IMG/VR virus record: IMGVR_UViG_3300048851_000022
Coordinates: 1 to 48,072 of that record
DNA length: 48,072 nucleotides
Strand: one strand, 5' to 3'
From: a virus
Taxonomy: Duplodnaviria > Caudoviricetes
Both the position numbers and the translations under genes were made by a program. Each line of letters opens with the position of its first letter. The first letter of the stretch is position 1. Shown here one piece after another: positions 33,816 to 43,728 of this stretch. A model generated the notes under the pieces. It was not told where the DNA came from. It made no database searches and saw nothing but the letters and a program-made list of their open reading frames with translations.

Positions 33816-36800
33816 TTGAGTTTCTGGTCTCGACTGGGGGACGTGGGTCACAACCTGAACCCCGTGAACTGGATCCTCCCCTCCATCGCGTGGGGTACGG
33901 CTAAGGCGCTGGGTGACGACGACGTGGCCCTGCGGGCCACGCACGACTTCCAGGAGAACGTTCAGCGCGCCGGGAAGGTCGCTGACGCGACCGGCCTGGA
34001 CACCGTGGCCGAGAAGGTCGGCCCCCCGCTGCACTGGCTCTACAACAACATCTGGAACCGCCCGGCCTCCACGCTGGCCCAGATGAACACCAACGTCCAG
34101 AACCACTCCCAGGGCATCGGGTCCTACGTGGACGGCGGGGAGTGGAAGACGGCCTGGGACAACTCCAACTGGTACTCCTCCGGGCAGGCCATCACCGACC
34201 ACGCTGCTGCGCTCAAGCGGTCGCTGGGCCAGGGCCTCACCGCCGACCCCGACGCGCTGGACGCCCAGTACAAGCGAGAGTACGAAGAGTCCAAGGGCGA
34301 GCAGCGCAAGGCCTACTACATCGTCAACCAGTACGGGTTCGAGGAGGAGGTCGCTGAGAACGACCCCCGCCTGCAGGACCCCAAGAACGGGCCGCACAGC
34401 AGGAACGCCTCCGATGGTCTGAGCGGCGGTCTGGCCGGGAACCCCTACGCCACGCTGGAAGAGCGCAAGGCGTTCTACCAGACCACCTGGTCTGGGCGGA
34501 TGACCTCCGGCTCGATCGACTTCGTCTCCAACATCGCAGCCGACCCGCTGAACAAGATCCTCCCGGGGATCGGCCAGGTCGGTAAGCTGAACCGGGGCGT
34601 GCTCACCAACGCCGACGAGCTGGGCAAGGCCCAGGCCGCGTTGGAGACCGGCGAGCGGGTGCGGGCGAGCAACTTCGACCAGGGCTCCCTGAGCGAGCGG
34701 GCCGAGTCGGCCTTCCGGGTCAACCGGTTCCGCGAGAACACCCTCAAGCTCTACGACCAGGTGGACAAGGCGGGTACCGCCGCCGAGGTCATGAAGCTGC
34801 CGATGTTCTTCAACACCGCCGACAAGGGTGCGCTGGCGTTCGCGTTCGCGCGAACCAACGCCATCGCGGACCCCACCGAGAAGCTCATGACGCGCAACAA
34901 CATCATGGGTGCGATCACGGGGGACGCCACCGCGCTGCAGAAGCTGGCCACCGAGCACGCCGACCTGAGCGCGGAACTGCGTCGTCTCGGTGAGGCACCG
35001 GAGGCCATGAAGGCCCCGGAGCCCAGGTTCACCTCGGCCAACGCCGCAGAGCGGTCGGCCTACTGGATGGAGCAGGGGCGGATCGCTGAGGTCAACGCCA
35101 AGAAGGACGCGATCGAGTACCAGCTCGACTCGGCCAACGCGCTGTTCCGCAACGCCGGGGCCTACACCGACCGGGGTGTCCTGCCCGCGATCGTGCAGCG
35201 CGGGGTCACCGAGCTGCGCAACGGGCGGACCATCCTCAAGGACTCGGCCACCGGTCGCACGGTGCACGTCGTCAACGCCTTCGACACCGTCCGTCCCTCC
35301 TACATCAACCTCACCAACGTGGGGGAGGGCGCGACCCAGCTCCGCAACAACCTGAACCGGATCCCCAACGTCTCGCGCGAGCAGGTGGAGATCTGGACCA
35401 ACGGGTTCCTCAACGCCCCCACCCGGGCCGCGCGGCAGTCCGTGGTCCACCAGGCCACCGAGGAGATGTTCTCCGCTGCCGGTCGCCAGTTCGGGATCTC
35501 GACCGAGAAGGTCGAGGAGATCATGAAGGTGGCGGGGCAGGTCTCCGCCGACGTGCGCAAGCAGCTCGACACCGGGCGACGGCTCTACTCGGCGGCGGAC
35601 GGTCGCACCGCGACGGTCATCGACCACAACGGTGAGGCCATCGCCTACGACAAGCCGCTGCTGAACACGATGCTGGAAGACTCCACCCACATCCCCGACG
35701 CCGACCTCATCAACGCCACGGTGAAGGCGCTCAAGGACGTGGACCTGTCCAAGGGCGCAGGGGATGCCTACCAGGCCCGTGTGATGGCCAAGAAGGCCCT
35801 GGACGAGGTGACCGGGGCCTGGTCCTCGGCCATGCTGCTCCGTCCCGCGTACGGGCTCCGTGTGGCCGCTGACGACCAGGCCCGCACGCTCGCCCTGCTG
35901 GGCGGGCACGTCTACACCCAGACCGCGCTCGAAGGCATCAAGAACTTCGTGGGCAACTGGCGGCGCTACGCCTACAAGGACTTGCAGGCGGCGGGCGCTC
36001 AGCGCGCCGGGATCGACTACCGGATCCAGCGCCTGGAAGCGGAGATCAAGGGCCTGCGCAACGGTGGCCCGACGTGGCAGCAGACCGGCCCCAAGGTCAG
36101 CCGCGAGGAGTTCGAGAAGAACCCCGAGGTGCTCTACCACAGCAGCACCAAGCTCCCGACCGAGCTGGACAACACCCGGGGGATCTACACCTCCGACACC
36201 GAGGTCTCGGCCCAGCGGTGGGGGAGCCAGGCTGCCAACGGGTGGGCGCGTCCCTCTGGCGCGACCAAGGACGCCTTCACCCAGCTCCGCGAGGCCGCTC
36301 GGGGCAAGCGCCAGATCCAGCGTCGTCTCTCCGGGGGCAACTGGGTCAACACCCCGTTCTCCTCGGTCTCGGCCAGCGACATCGAGAACGGCCTGATCCG
36401 CTTCCGACCCAAGTCGGTCAAGCCGTCGAGCACCTCCATGACGGTCTACGGCCAGCCGCTGGACCTGCGCTCCTACGACCAGATCCCCGCCGACCTCAAG
36501 ACGGCGATGGGCTGGCAGAACCGCGACGAGTGGAGGGCCTGGATCCAGAACAAGGTCCACCGCCAGGACCAGGACATCCTGCTCGACTACATGGAGTTCA
36601 ACGGCTACGGGCGGGCCTACCTGGACCGGCGACTCAACGGGTCCAAGGACGAGATCCTCGTCAACCCGACCTACGCCAACTACGGCGGCAAGGATGCGTA
36701 CGCCAGCCAGCACGTCTCCAAGAAGGGCGCGCGGATCGTCAACCGCCCCGACGCCAAGCGCACTGCGGAGATCCGTGACCGTCGTCGTCAGATCGCCAAG

Positions 36801-39227
36801 CTCGAACAGGACAAGGGCGAGGTGGAGGCTGCGCTGCTGCGCACCCGCAACGGCAAGCTCGCGCGCCGTCGAGACACCGCCGACAAGCAGTACATCGGCA
36901 TGGCCCCGCAGTTCCACAACGGCCACCAGATCAACCCGTACATGAACCGCAGCGAGGCCGAGGCCAGCTTCGACCAGATGCTGACCCAGGGGCGTCCCTC
37001 CGACGCCTACGGGATCACGCTCTCGGAGGAGATGCTCAAGGATCTCCGCGCCAGCGGGGACTACGGCGTGGTGAACGGGGCGATGGCCAACTGGTCGCAG
37101 TCGATGGCTGCGGCCATCAACCAGTTCCGCAAGGACCCCGTGGCTCGCCGCATGATGGACGGCGGCACCGTCGCGGACATCCAGAAGTTCATGGCCGAGA
37201 ACATCAACGCTCGCAACGAGTGGGCCAACTTCGCCAAGGACCCCCGCTTCAACGGGGACCAGGTGGGCTGGCTGCAGGCGGGCCAGCAGACGCTGGACCA
37301 GGTCTTCCCCGGCAACGCGATGGGTACCGAGCTGTTCGCTCTGGCCCGGGGGCGTGACGTCACTCCGGCTGACCTGGAACGGATCTTCCCGGACGCGGCC
37401 ACCAGGCCCGACGTGCACGGCCCGCTCATGAACCCCTACGTCCCTCACCTGGGGCAGAAGTTCATGGACACCCAGCGCAACGTCATGACCAAGTACTTCG
37501 AGACCGTGGCCGACAAGCCCTCGCTGTACGGGGCGCGCAACCGGATCTTCACCGAGGTCTACCAGGACGAGCTGACCAAGATGGTGGACCGCTTCGGCGG
37601 GACAGCCGACAAGAAGGTCCCCTACGAGATCTTCCAGCAGTTCTCCAAGAACGCCGACGAGCTGGCCAAGAAGGCAGTGCGCGACACCCTCTACGACAAC
37701 TCGGGGAAGATCAACCTCATCGACAAGATGCGGTACATCTCCCCGTTCGCGGGTGCCACGCAGGACGTGCTGGTGAAGTGGAGCCGTCTCTTCTACGACG
37801 ACCCCACCCGCCTCTACAACTACCTCAAGGCAGGTCCCGCGTTCGACCGCCAGCAGGGCAACCTGACGGCGATGGACGACAAGGGCAACGGCTACTTCAT
37901 GGTGCCCAAGGCCCTGCAGCCCTTCCTGGGCAAGGGCGTCGCAGGCAACGACTGGGTGATCCCCAAGGGGAACTTCAACCTGATCTTCCAGGGTCAGGGC
38001 TACGGCCAGTTCTCCCCGGGCTTCGGCCCGATGGTGGCCATGCCGGTCAACTCGCTCGTGATGCACTTCTTCCCAGAGTTCGGGGACAGCAAGGCCGTCT
38101 CGGCTGTGCTGCCCTACGGCATCAAGAACGAGGACATCGGGGGAGCGGTCCTGCCCAACTGGTGGAGGTACACCTTCGCCGCGATGGGCATCGGCAGCGC
38201 GGACGAGGTCAACAACGTCAGCGCCATGCTCCGCGCCAACGAGCAGGTCCGCTACGAGCGGGGCGAGCGGAAGACCTCGCCCATCAACAACCCGGAGTTC
38301 GAGGCTGAGTTGAAGAACCGGACGAGGAACTACTTCCTCACCCGGGCCTGGGACTCTGCCACCAGCCCGGTCTCGAAGCGCCCGCAGGACCAGTACTCCT
38401 TCTACCAGCAGACCTACCGTGAGTACCAGAAGGCGTACGAGGGCAAGACCGAGGTCGGCCCGGACGGGGAGACCAAGCCGGTTGACACCCGGATGAAGTT
38501 CCTGAACGACTACCCGGAGTTCGGGGCCAAGACCATCACGCTCTCGGAGAACACCACCGGCATCAACGCCTACGCCGAGGTGATGGACAACACCCGGAAG
38601 TTCGCCAAGGAGATCAAGGCCAACCCCGAGTTCGGCTACTCCCTCATCGGGGCCGAGAACCTCGGCGGCACCTTCGACTCCGGGGTCTACCAGTCCCAGC
38701 TCGCCTCGGGCAGTCGCCGGACCCTGGACCCCGACGACGCCCAGAAGCGGTTCGATGAGCAGATGGGCTGGGTGGAGTACACCAAGGCCCGGATGGCCGT
38801 GAACATGGAGCTGGAACGCCGGGGCATCACCAGCCTGGACGACAAGCGGGCGAGCAAGCTCAAGACCCGCCTGGGTGAGTACGTGGACGGGGAGCTTCGG
38901 GAGAAGTACCCGATGTTCTACGAGGACTTCAACACCCGCTCCTCGGCGGGTGCGAACACGTTCCTCAACTTCGCCACCAAGACCCTGATCCCCACGGTCG
39001 GCCACGACCGCATGGACATCCAGCTCTTGGAGGAGTACCTCGGCTCGCGCCGGATCATCCAGGCGGAACTGGCCAACCGGAAGTCGAAGACCCTGACGGC
39101 CAAGAGCAACTCCAAGCTGGCCGCGCGCTGGGACGAGTACGTCCAGGGCCTCATCGCCCAGGACCCCGGGTTCGAGCAGATGTACTCGCGCGACCTGCAG
39201 TTCGACAACATGAAGGGCGACTACTGA
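33816..39227 (+). CDS. Giant internal (ejected) virion protein with an ART-like insertion
   Basis: 1803 aa, largely helical, in the structural block of a phage lacking a tape measure; GAGGAG RBS and TTG start. Confidence 0.7.
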   Translation: MSFWSRLGDVGHNLNPVNWILPSIAWGTAKALGDDDVALRATHDFQENVQRAGKVADATGLDTVAEKVGPPLHWLYNNIWNRPASTLAQMNTNVQNHSQGIGSYVDGGEWKTAWDNSNWYSSGQAITDHAAALKRSLGQGLTADPDALDAQYKREYEESKGEQRKAYYIVNQYGFEEEVAENDPRLQDPKNGPHSRNASDGLSGGLAGNPYATLEERKAFYQTTWSGRMTSGSIDFVSNIAADPLNKILPGIGQVGKLNRGVLTNADELGKAQAALETGERVRASNFDQGSLSERAESAFRVNRFRENTLKLYDQVDKAGTAAEVMKLPMFFNTADKGALAFAFARTNAIADPTEKLMTRNNIMGAITGDATALQKLATEHADLSAELRRLGEAPEAMKAPEPRFTSANAAERSAYWMEQGRIAEVNAKKDAIEYQLDSANALFRNAGAYTDRGVLPAIVQRGVTELRNGRTILKDSATGRTVHVVNAFDTVRPSYINLTNVGEGATQLRNNLNRIPNVSREQVEIWTNGFLNAPTRAARQSVVHQATEEMFSAAGRQFGISTEKVEEIMKVAGQVSADVRKQLDTGRRLYSAADGRTATVIDHNGEAIAYDKPLLNTMLEDSTHIPDADLINATVKALKDVDLSKGAGDAYQARVMAKKALDEVTGAWSSAMLLRPAYGLRVAADDQARTLALLGGHVYTQTALEGIKNFVGNWRRYAYKDLQAAGAQRAGIDYRIQRLEAEIKGLRNGGPTWQQTGPKVSREEFEKNPEVLYHSSTKLPTELDNTRGIYTSDTEVSAQRWGSQAANGWARPSGATKDAFTQLREAARGKRQIQRRLSGGNWVNTPFSSVSASDIENGLIRFRPKSVKPSSTSMTVYGQPLDLRSYDQIPADLKTAMGWQNRDEWRAWIQNKVHRQDQDILLDYMEFNGYGRAYLDRRLNGSKDEILVNPTYANYGGKDAYASQHVSKKGARIVNRPDAKRTAEIRDRRRQIAKLEQDKGEVEAALLRTRNGKLARRRDTADKQYIGMAPQFHNGHQINPYMNRSEAEASFDQMLTQGRPSDAYGITLSEEMLKDLRASGDYGVVNGAMANWSQSMAAAINQFRKDPVARRMMDGGTVADIQKFMAENINARNEWANFAKDPRFNGDQVGWLQAGQQTLDQVFPGNAMGTELFALARGRDVTPADLERIFPDAATRPDVHGPLMNPYVPHLGQKFMDTQRNVMTKYFETVADKPSLYGARNRIFTEVYQDELTKMVDRFGGTADKKVPYEIFQQFSKNADELAKKAVRDTLYDNSGKINLIDKMRYISPFAGATQDVLVKWSRLFYDDPTRLYNYLKAGPAFDRQQGNLTAMDDKGNGYFMVPKALQPFLGKGVAGNDWVIPKGNFNLIFQGQGYGQFSPGFGPMVAMPVNSLVMHFFPEFGDSKAVSAVLPYGIKNEDIGGAVLPNWWRYTFAAMGIGSADEVNNVSAMLRANEQVRYERGERKTSPINNPEFEAELKNRTRNYFLTRAWDSATSPVSKRPQDQYSFYQQTYREYQKAYEGKTEVGPDGETKPVDTRMKFLNDYPEFGAKTITLSENTTGINAYAEVMDNTRKFAKEIKANPEFGYSLIGAENLGGTFDSGVYQSQLASGSRRTLDPDDAQKRFDEQMGWVEYTKARMAVNMELERRGITSLDDKRASKLKTRLGEYVDGELREKYPMFYEDFNTRSSAGANTFLNFATKTLIPTVGHDRMDIQLLEEYLGSRRIIQAELANRKSKTLTAKSNSKLAARWDEYVQGLIAQDPGFEQMYSRDLQFDNMKGDY

Positions 39228-39228
39228 G

Positions 39229-40041
39229 ATGCCGATCGACACCTCCGGCACCGAGGAAGACGAAGACCAGAGCGCACAGGACGAGATCGACGCTCAGAAG
39301 ACCAGGATCGCCAGCCCCCAGCAGTCGCGCGCCGAGAACTTCGACGCCCGGGGGAAGACGACCTACAAGAAGGGCAAGCAGGTCCAGGCCAGCGCGCCGT
39401 CCTACCAGACGGTGGGGGCCACCAAGGCCCAGTGGATGACGATGACCCCGACCGAGCGGGCCAAGTGGGGCCAGCACCTGCTGGCGATGGGCATCATCAC
39501 CGCCGCCCAGGCCACCGACCCCAGCACGCTGGCCAAGTACTGGTCGGCCTACGCCGAGGAGGCCGGAGCCTCCTTCGCGGCCGGGAACAAGAAGGCCTCC
39601 CCCTACTCGGTCTCTCTGGCCGACGGGGAGGTCATCAAGCTCCTCGGAGGAGTCGATGGTGGGACAGGGGGCAGTGGCGGGATCCCAGACGGGGACCAGA
39701 CCACGACCTCCACCAGCTTCGACATCACCAACCCCGCCGAGGCGGCGTCGAAGATCCAGGACGTGTTCCGAGCGGCGTTCGGTCGAGAGGCCGCACCGGG
39801 TGAGCTCAGCCAGCTCGCCGCCTCCCTGCAGGAGGCCGAGTACGCCAACCCGGTGAACACCGACCAGGTGACCACCTACGCGGGCGGGAACGCCGTGGCG
39901 CAGAAGACCACCTCCACGGGCGGTCTGGACTCCACGTACTACCTGACCCAGAAGGCCAAGTCGGCTCCGGAGTACGGGGCCTACCAGGCCGCGACCACCT
40001 ACGCCAACGAGCTGTTCAAGGCCATCGCATCTCCGGTCTGA
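39229..40041 (+). CDS. Probable internal virion protein
   Basis: 270-aa ORF between internal-protein genes. Confidence 0.6.
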   Translation: MPIDTSGTEEDEDQSAQDEIDAQKTRIASPQQSRAENFDARGKTTYKKGKQVQASAPSYQTVGATKAQWMTMTPTERAKWGQHLLAMGIITAAQATDPSTLAKYWSAYAEEAGASFAAGNKKASPYSVSLADGEVIKLLGGVDGGTGGSGGIPDGDQTTTSTSFDITNPAEAASKIQDVFRAAFGREAAPGELSQLAASLQEAEYANPVNTDQVTTYAGGNAVAQKTTSTGGLDSTYYLTQKAKSAPEYGAYQAATTYANELFKAIASPV

Positions 40042-40057
40042 CAGAGAGGACCCCCCA

Positions 40058-41113
40058 GTGGCTGTGACCTTCGACGCCCTCTTCGCGGCCCTGGGGGGCC
40101 AGGAGTCGGGCGGTAGCTACGCCGCGACCAACGGTCGCACCGGCGCATCGGGCAAGTACCAGATCATGCCCGCCAACGTGGTGCCCTGGGCCAAGCAGTA
40201 CCTCGGCCAGAACATCACCCTGCAGCAGTACAAGGGCTCGCCCCAGTTGCAGGAGTCGCTGGCCAAGGCGGTGTTCCAGAGCTACTACAACAAGTACGGG
40301 GAGCGGGGCGCGCTGAGCGCCTGGTACTCCGGTTCGCCCAACAAGGCGAACAACTACAACAAGTTCCGGCCCAACGAGCCCTCCGTGGGCCAGTACGTGG
40401 ACCAGGTGCTGGGCCGGATCGGGCAGGGCAGTGGGTCACCGGGAGCCAGCGGCTCCCTGACCAGCATCCCGAACGAGGTCGTGGACAACACGGCCAAGGA
40501 GTCCCAGGTCGAGTCCCTCATCCCGAGCAACAGCGACAGCTACGCGATGATGAGCGCCGCCGTGGGGGCGGGCAACACCGCCCCCGGGATCGAGGCGGGT
40601 ACCCGGGCTCCGGGGTACGACACCGTGGCGCAGGGCGCACAGCTCGCCAGCCAGGTGACGGCACCCAGCTCGGTGACGATCCCCTCCGTGACCGACGAGG
40701 GGACCTACAACCAGATCGCCGGGGTGGGTCAGGGGACCACCACAGGTGCACGAGCGAGCATCATCAACCTGGCCAAGCAGTTCCTCGGGACGCCCTACAA
40801 GTGGGGCGGCACCGCGCCTGGCGGGTTCGACTGCAGTGGGTTGCTCTACTACCTGTTCAAGCAGAACGGGATCACCATCCCGCGCGTGAGCTACCAGCAG
40901 GCCACCTACGGGAAGCGGTCGGCGGTCGCCAACCTGCAGGCCGGGGACCTGGTGGCGTGGGACAACTCCTCGCGCAACAACGGAGCCGACCACATCGCCC
41001 TCTACCTCGGCAACGGCCAGATCCTGGAAGCTCCCAAGGCCGGGGTGCCAGTCCGAATCCGATCCCTGGGCAAGGGGGACGCCTCCGCTTGGGGCGTCCA
41101 GATGAACTACTAG
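40058..41113 (+). CDS. Virion-associated peptidoglycan hydrolase: lytic transglycosylase-like plus NlpC/P60
   Basis: QESGG...GASGKYQIM...AWYSG; GTPYKWGG...FDCSGL...HIALYLG. Confidence 0.88.
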   Translation: MAVTFDALFAALGGQESGGSYAATNGRTGASGKYQIMPANVVPWAKQYLGQNITLQQYKGSPQLQESLAKAVFQSYYNKYGERGALSAWYSGSPNKANNYNKFRPNEPSVGQYVDQVLGRIGQGSGSPGASGSLTSIPNEVVDNTAKESQVESLIPSNSDSYAMMSAAVGAGNTAPGIEAGTRAPGYDTVAQGAQLASQVTAPSSVTIPSVTDEGTYNQIAGVGQGTTTGARASIINLAKQFLGTPYKWGGTAPGGFDCSGLLYYLFKQNGITIPRVSYQQATYGKRSAVANLQAGDLVAWDNSSRNNGADHIALYLGNGQILEAPKAGVPVRIRSLGKGDASAWGVQMNY

Positions 41114-41120
41114 GAGACCC

Positions 41121-42014
41121 ATGTCCGTCGAGACGACGACACCAGAACTGGACCAGGCCGAACTCGCTCGCCAGTACGGCTGGGCCTCCTCGGTCCTGAA
41201 CTCTGACCCCGAGCTGCAGGGGCTGTTCAACACCGCAGTCGCGGAGACCTGGGACCCCGCCAAGTTCTCGGCCAAGGTGCGCGAGACCCAGTGGTACAAG
41301 ACGCACAGCGAGAGCTGGCGTCAGAACGAGGTGCTCAAGCTCACCGACCCCACGACCTACGCCACCAAGCAGGAGCAGGCCAAGACCAGCTTCTACGCGA
41401 TGGCCACGTCGATGGGTGCCGACATCTCTGGTGGGCAGGCCGACGCCCTGGCCCAGCAGGCCTTCGACCTCGGCTGGTCCGAGCAGCAGGTCCGCAACGT
41501 CCTCACCGGCTACATCAACATGTCCAGCCCGAACTTCGGTGGGGTGGCCGGTGCCGCAGCCGACCAGCTCCGGGAGTACGCCACCCAGATGGGCGTGCGG
41601 ATGGACGACGGCTCGATCCAGAACTGGGCGCGCATGGAGGCCCAGGCCGGTGGCACCGGGGGCGGGGTGCAGATGGGCAAGCAGTTCATCCTGCAGAACG
41701 CCGTCTCGGCGTTCCCGCCACTGGCTCAGCGCCTGCAGGCGGGGGAGACCGTGGACCAGATCATCTCCCCGTACAAGCAGTCGATGTCGAACATCCTTGA
41801 GGTCAGCGGCGACAGTCTCGACGCCTTCGACCCCACCATCCGGGGAGCGATCCTCAACAAGAACAAGGACGGGTCTCCGGGGACCCAGAGCCTGTGGGAG
41901 TTCGAGAACAACCTCCGCAAGGACGCACGCTGGCTCAAGACCAGCAACGCCCAGAACTCGGTGATGAGCACCGCCCGCAAGGTGCTCACGGACTTCGGAT
42001 TGGCGGCTGGCTGA
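41121..42014 (+). CDS. Probable internal virion protein
   Basis: 297-aa ORF; AGGAG RBS; position in the internal-protein block. Confidence 0.6.
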   Translation: MSVETTTPELDQAELARQYGWASSVLNSDPELQGLFNTAVAETWDPAKFSAKVRETQWYKTHSESWRQNEVLKLTDPTTYATKQEQAKTSFYAMATSMGADISGGQADALAQQAFDLGWSEQQVRNVLTGYINMSSPNFGGVAGAAADQLREYATQMGVRMDDGSIQNWARMEAQAGGTGGGVQMGKQFILQNAVSAFPPLAQRLQAGETVDQIISPYKQSMSNILEVSGDSLDAFDPTIRGAILNKNKDGSPGTQSLWEFENNLRKDARWLKTSNAQNSVMSTARKVLTDFGLAAG

Positions 42015-42015
42015 G

Positions 42016-42951
42016 ATGGCCACGGTGAGCAGGGGCACGCGCACGAGCGCGGGCCAGGAGCAGGTCAACAGTTCGCTGGGCAGTGGACCCACCCCGCAGC
42101 CCAACACCGCCGACGACCCCTTCGGAGGTCTGGCCGGGGAGGACAGGGACGCCTACGCGGCCCTGACCAACATGCTCAAGCAGTACGGGTTGGAGTCGCT
42201 GTCCGGGGTGGTGCTCAACTACATCCAGGACGGCTACAGCGAGGACACCATCTCCCTGCTGCTGCCCGAGACCAACGAGTACAAGCAGCGGTTCTCGGCC
42301 AACGACACCCGCAAGAAGGCGGGCCTGTCGGTCCTGACCCCTGCGGAGTACCTCTCCTTGGAGTCCAGCTACCGCCAGCTCATGCAGGCCGCTGGCCTGC
42401 CGGTGGGCTTCTACGACAGCAACGACGACTTCACCGGCTGGATCGCTGGGGACGTGAGCCCCACGGAGGTGGCGTCCCGGGTGCAGGTGGCCAGCGACCT
42501 GGTCAACTCTGCGGACAGCGCGACCAAGGACTACTTCTCCCGGTACTACTCCCACGGGGACATGGTGGCCTACGCCCTGGACCAGGCCAAGGCTGCGCCG
42601 ATCATCCAGCAGCAGTACAAGAACGCTCAGGTCGGGGGCGCTGCTGCGGCCCAGGGGCTGAACGTCAGCCAGGCGACCATCGAGAACCTGGCCAAGCAGG
42701 GCGTCACCCAGAACCAGGCCCAGACCGGCTTCGGCTTCGTCGCCACCGAGATGCCGAACGCGAACAAGCTGGCCGACATCTACGGCCAGTCGCAACTCTC
42801 GACCGACGACCTCATCTCTGAGACCTTCTCCTCCGATAGTGCAGTGAGCGAGAAGCGCAAGGGGTTGGCCTCGCGCGAGCGTGCCACCTTCAACGGCAGC
42901 TCGGCGGCCAACAAGACCTCGCTGAACCGCGAGACCGCAGGACAGATCTGA
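42016..42951 (+). CDS. Probable internal virion protein
   Basis: 311-aa ORF; YKQRF.AN..R.KAGL.VL.PAEYL.LE motif; position. Confidence 0.6.
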   Translation: MATVSRGTRTSAGQEQVNSSLGSGPTPQPNTADDPFGGLAGEDRDAYAALTNMLKQYGLESLSGVVLNYIQDGYSEDTISLLLPETNEYKQRFSANDTRKKAGLSVLTPAEYLSLESSYRQLMQAAGLPVGFYDSNDDFTGWIAGDVSPTEVASRVQVASDLVNSADSATKDYFSRYYSHGDMVAYALDQAKAAPIIQQQYKNAQVGGAAAAQGLNVSQATIENLAKQGVTQNQAQTGFGFVATEMPNANKLADIYGQSQLSTDDLISETFSSDSAVSEKRKGLASRERATFNGSSAANKTSLNRETAGQI

Positions 42952-43023
42952 CACCAGCCGCTTCGTCGGCTGGTTGCGGGGGTACTGAGCTGAGACCCCC
43001 TGCTTCGACCGGGACGCCGGTCA

Positions 43024-43083
43024 GGGGTGAATGGACGGCGCGGTGAGCCGCGTCACTGGGGTTCGATTCCCCGGCACCCCGCC
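43024..43083 (+). ncRNA. tRNA-like element lacking a D arm (not a canonical tRNA)
   Basis: GGGGTG/CACCCC acceptor-like stem stacked on a CTGGGG-TTCGATT-CCCCGG T-arm, with a single internal hairpin. Confidence 0.5.
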
Positions 43084-43199
43084 CCATCGAGGATCGACCG
43101 GCCCCTCGTGGCGACATCGACCGGTAGCAGGAGCCACTCCCACTTCCCCTGGTGACGAGTGCGGTCTGCGTTCTGCTGAGAACAGGGAGACAGCTCATC

Positions 43200-43688
43200 A
43201 TGAGCGACTTCGACTACGACGACGACACCGCTGACGACACCCCGCTGGTGAAGCAGCTCCGCAAGCAGATCGCTGGGTTCGAGAAGAGCCAGAAGGAACT
43301 GCAGGAGCAGCTCAGTACCTTCCAGAAGGACACCCGGGACCGCTCGGTGAAGTCGGTACTCGAAGCACGGGGCGTCAGCCCCAAGGTGGCCGCGTTCATC
43401 CCGGCTGACAAGTCCTCTGCGGAGGACATCACCGCATGGCTTGAGGAGTACGGCGACGTGTTCGGGGCGACGGCCTCTGCGTCCACCCCGGACTCCCAGG
43501 TCGAAACCCCCGAGGCTGACGACGATCTCGTCGCCACGCTTCGGCGGATCCAGGGTGCTGACTCTGGTGCGGGTGCGGTCAACCTGGATGTCGAGACACA
43601 GGCTGCCGCCACGTTGGCCTCCATCGGAGCCAACGCCAAGACCTCTGAGGACTTCTTCCGCGCTCTCGCTGCAGCGCAGCGGAGCTGA
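43200..43688 (+). CDS. Capsid scaffolding protein
   Basis: Acidic N-terminus and coiled coil, directly upstream of the capsid; GGGAG RBS before ATG 43200. Confidence 0.75.
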   Translation: MSDFDYDDDTADDTPLVKQLRKQIAGFEKSQKELQEQLSTFQKDTRDRSVKSVLEARGVSPKVAAFIPADKSSAEDITAWLEEYGDVFGATASASTPDSQVETPEADDDLVATLRRIQGADSGAGAVNLDVETQAAATLASIGANAKTSEDFFRALAAAQRS

Positions 43689-43728
43689 CGGTAGGGGCCT
43701 CATCCCCTTCCAGTAGAACGGACCAACG

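Noticed and set aside
33609-39251. 1880-aa minus-strand ORF, and similar long antisense ORFs (4511-7189, 31489-33348, 45695-47935, 25918-27669)
   Set aside because: These are shadows of real genes in high-GC DNA: low-complexity V/G/L/R/H composition and no motifs.
43024-43083. Canonical tRNA or tmRNA gene
   Set aside because: No D arm, no 7-nt anticodon loop, only 60 nt, and no tag reading frame. Kept only as a tRNA-like element.
43081-43130. HDV-like (theta) ribozyme after the tRNA-like element
   Set aside because: GCC-CCTCGT-GGC resembles P3/L3, but I could not build P1, P1.1, P4 or the catalytic J4/2 strand.
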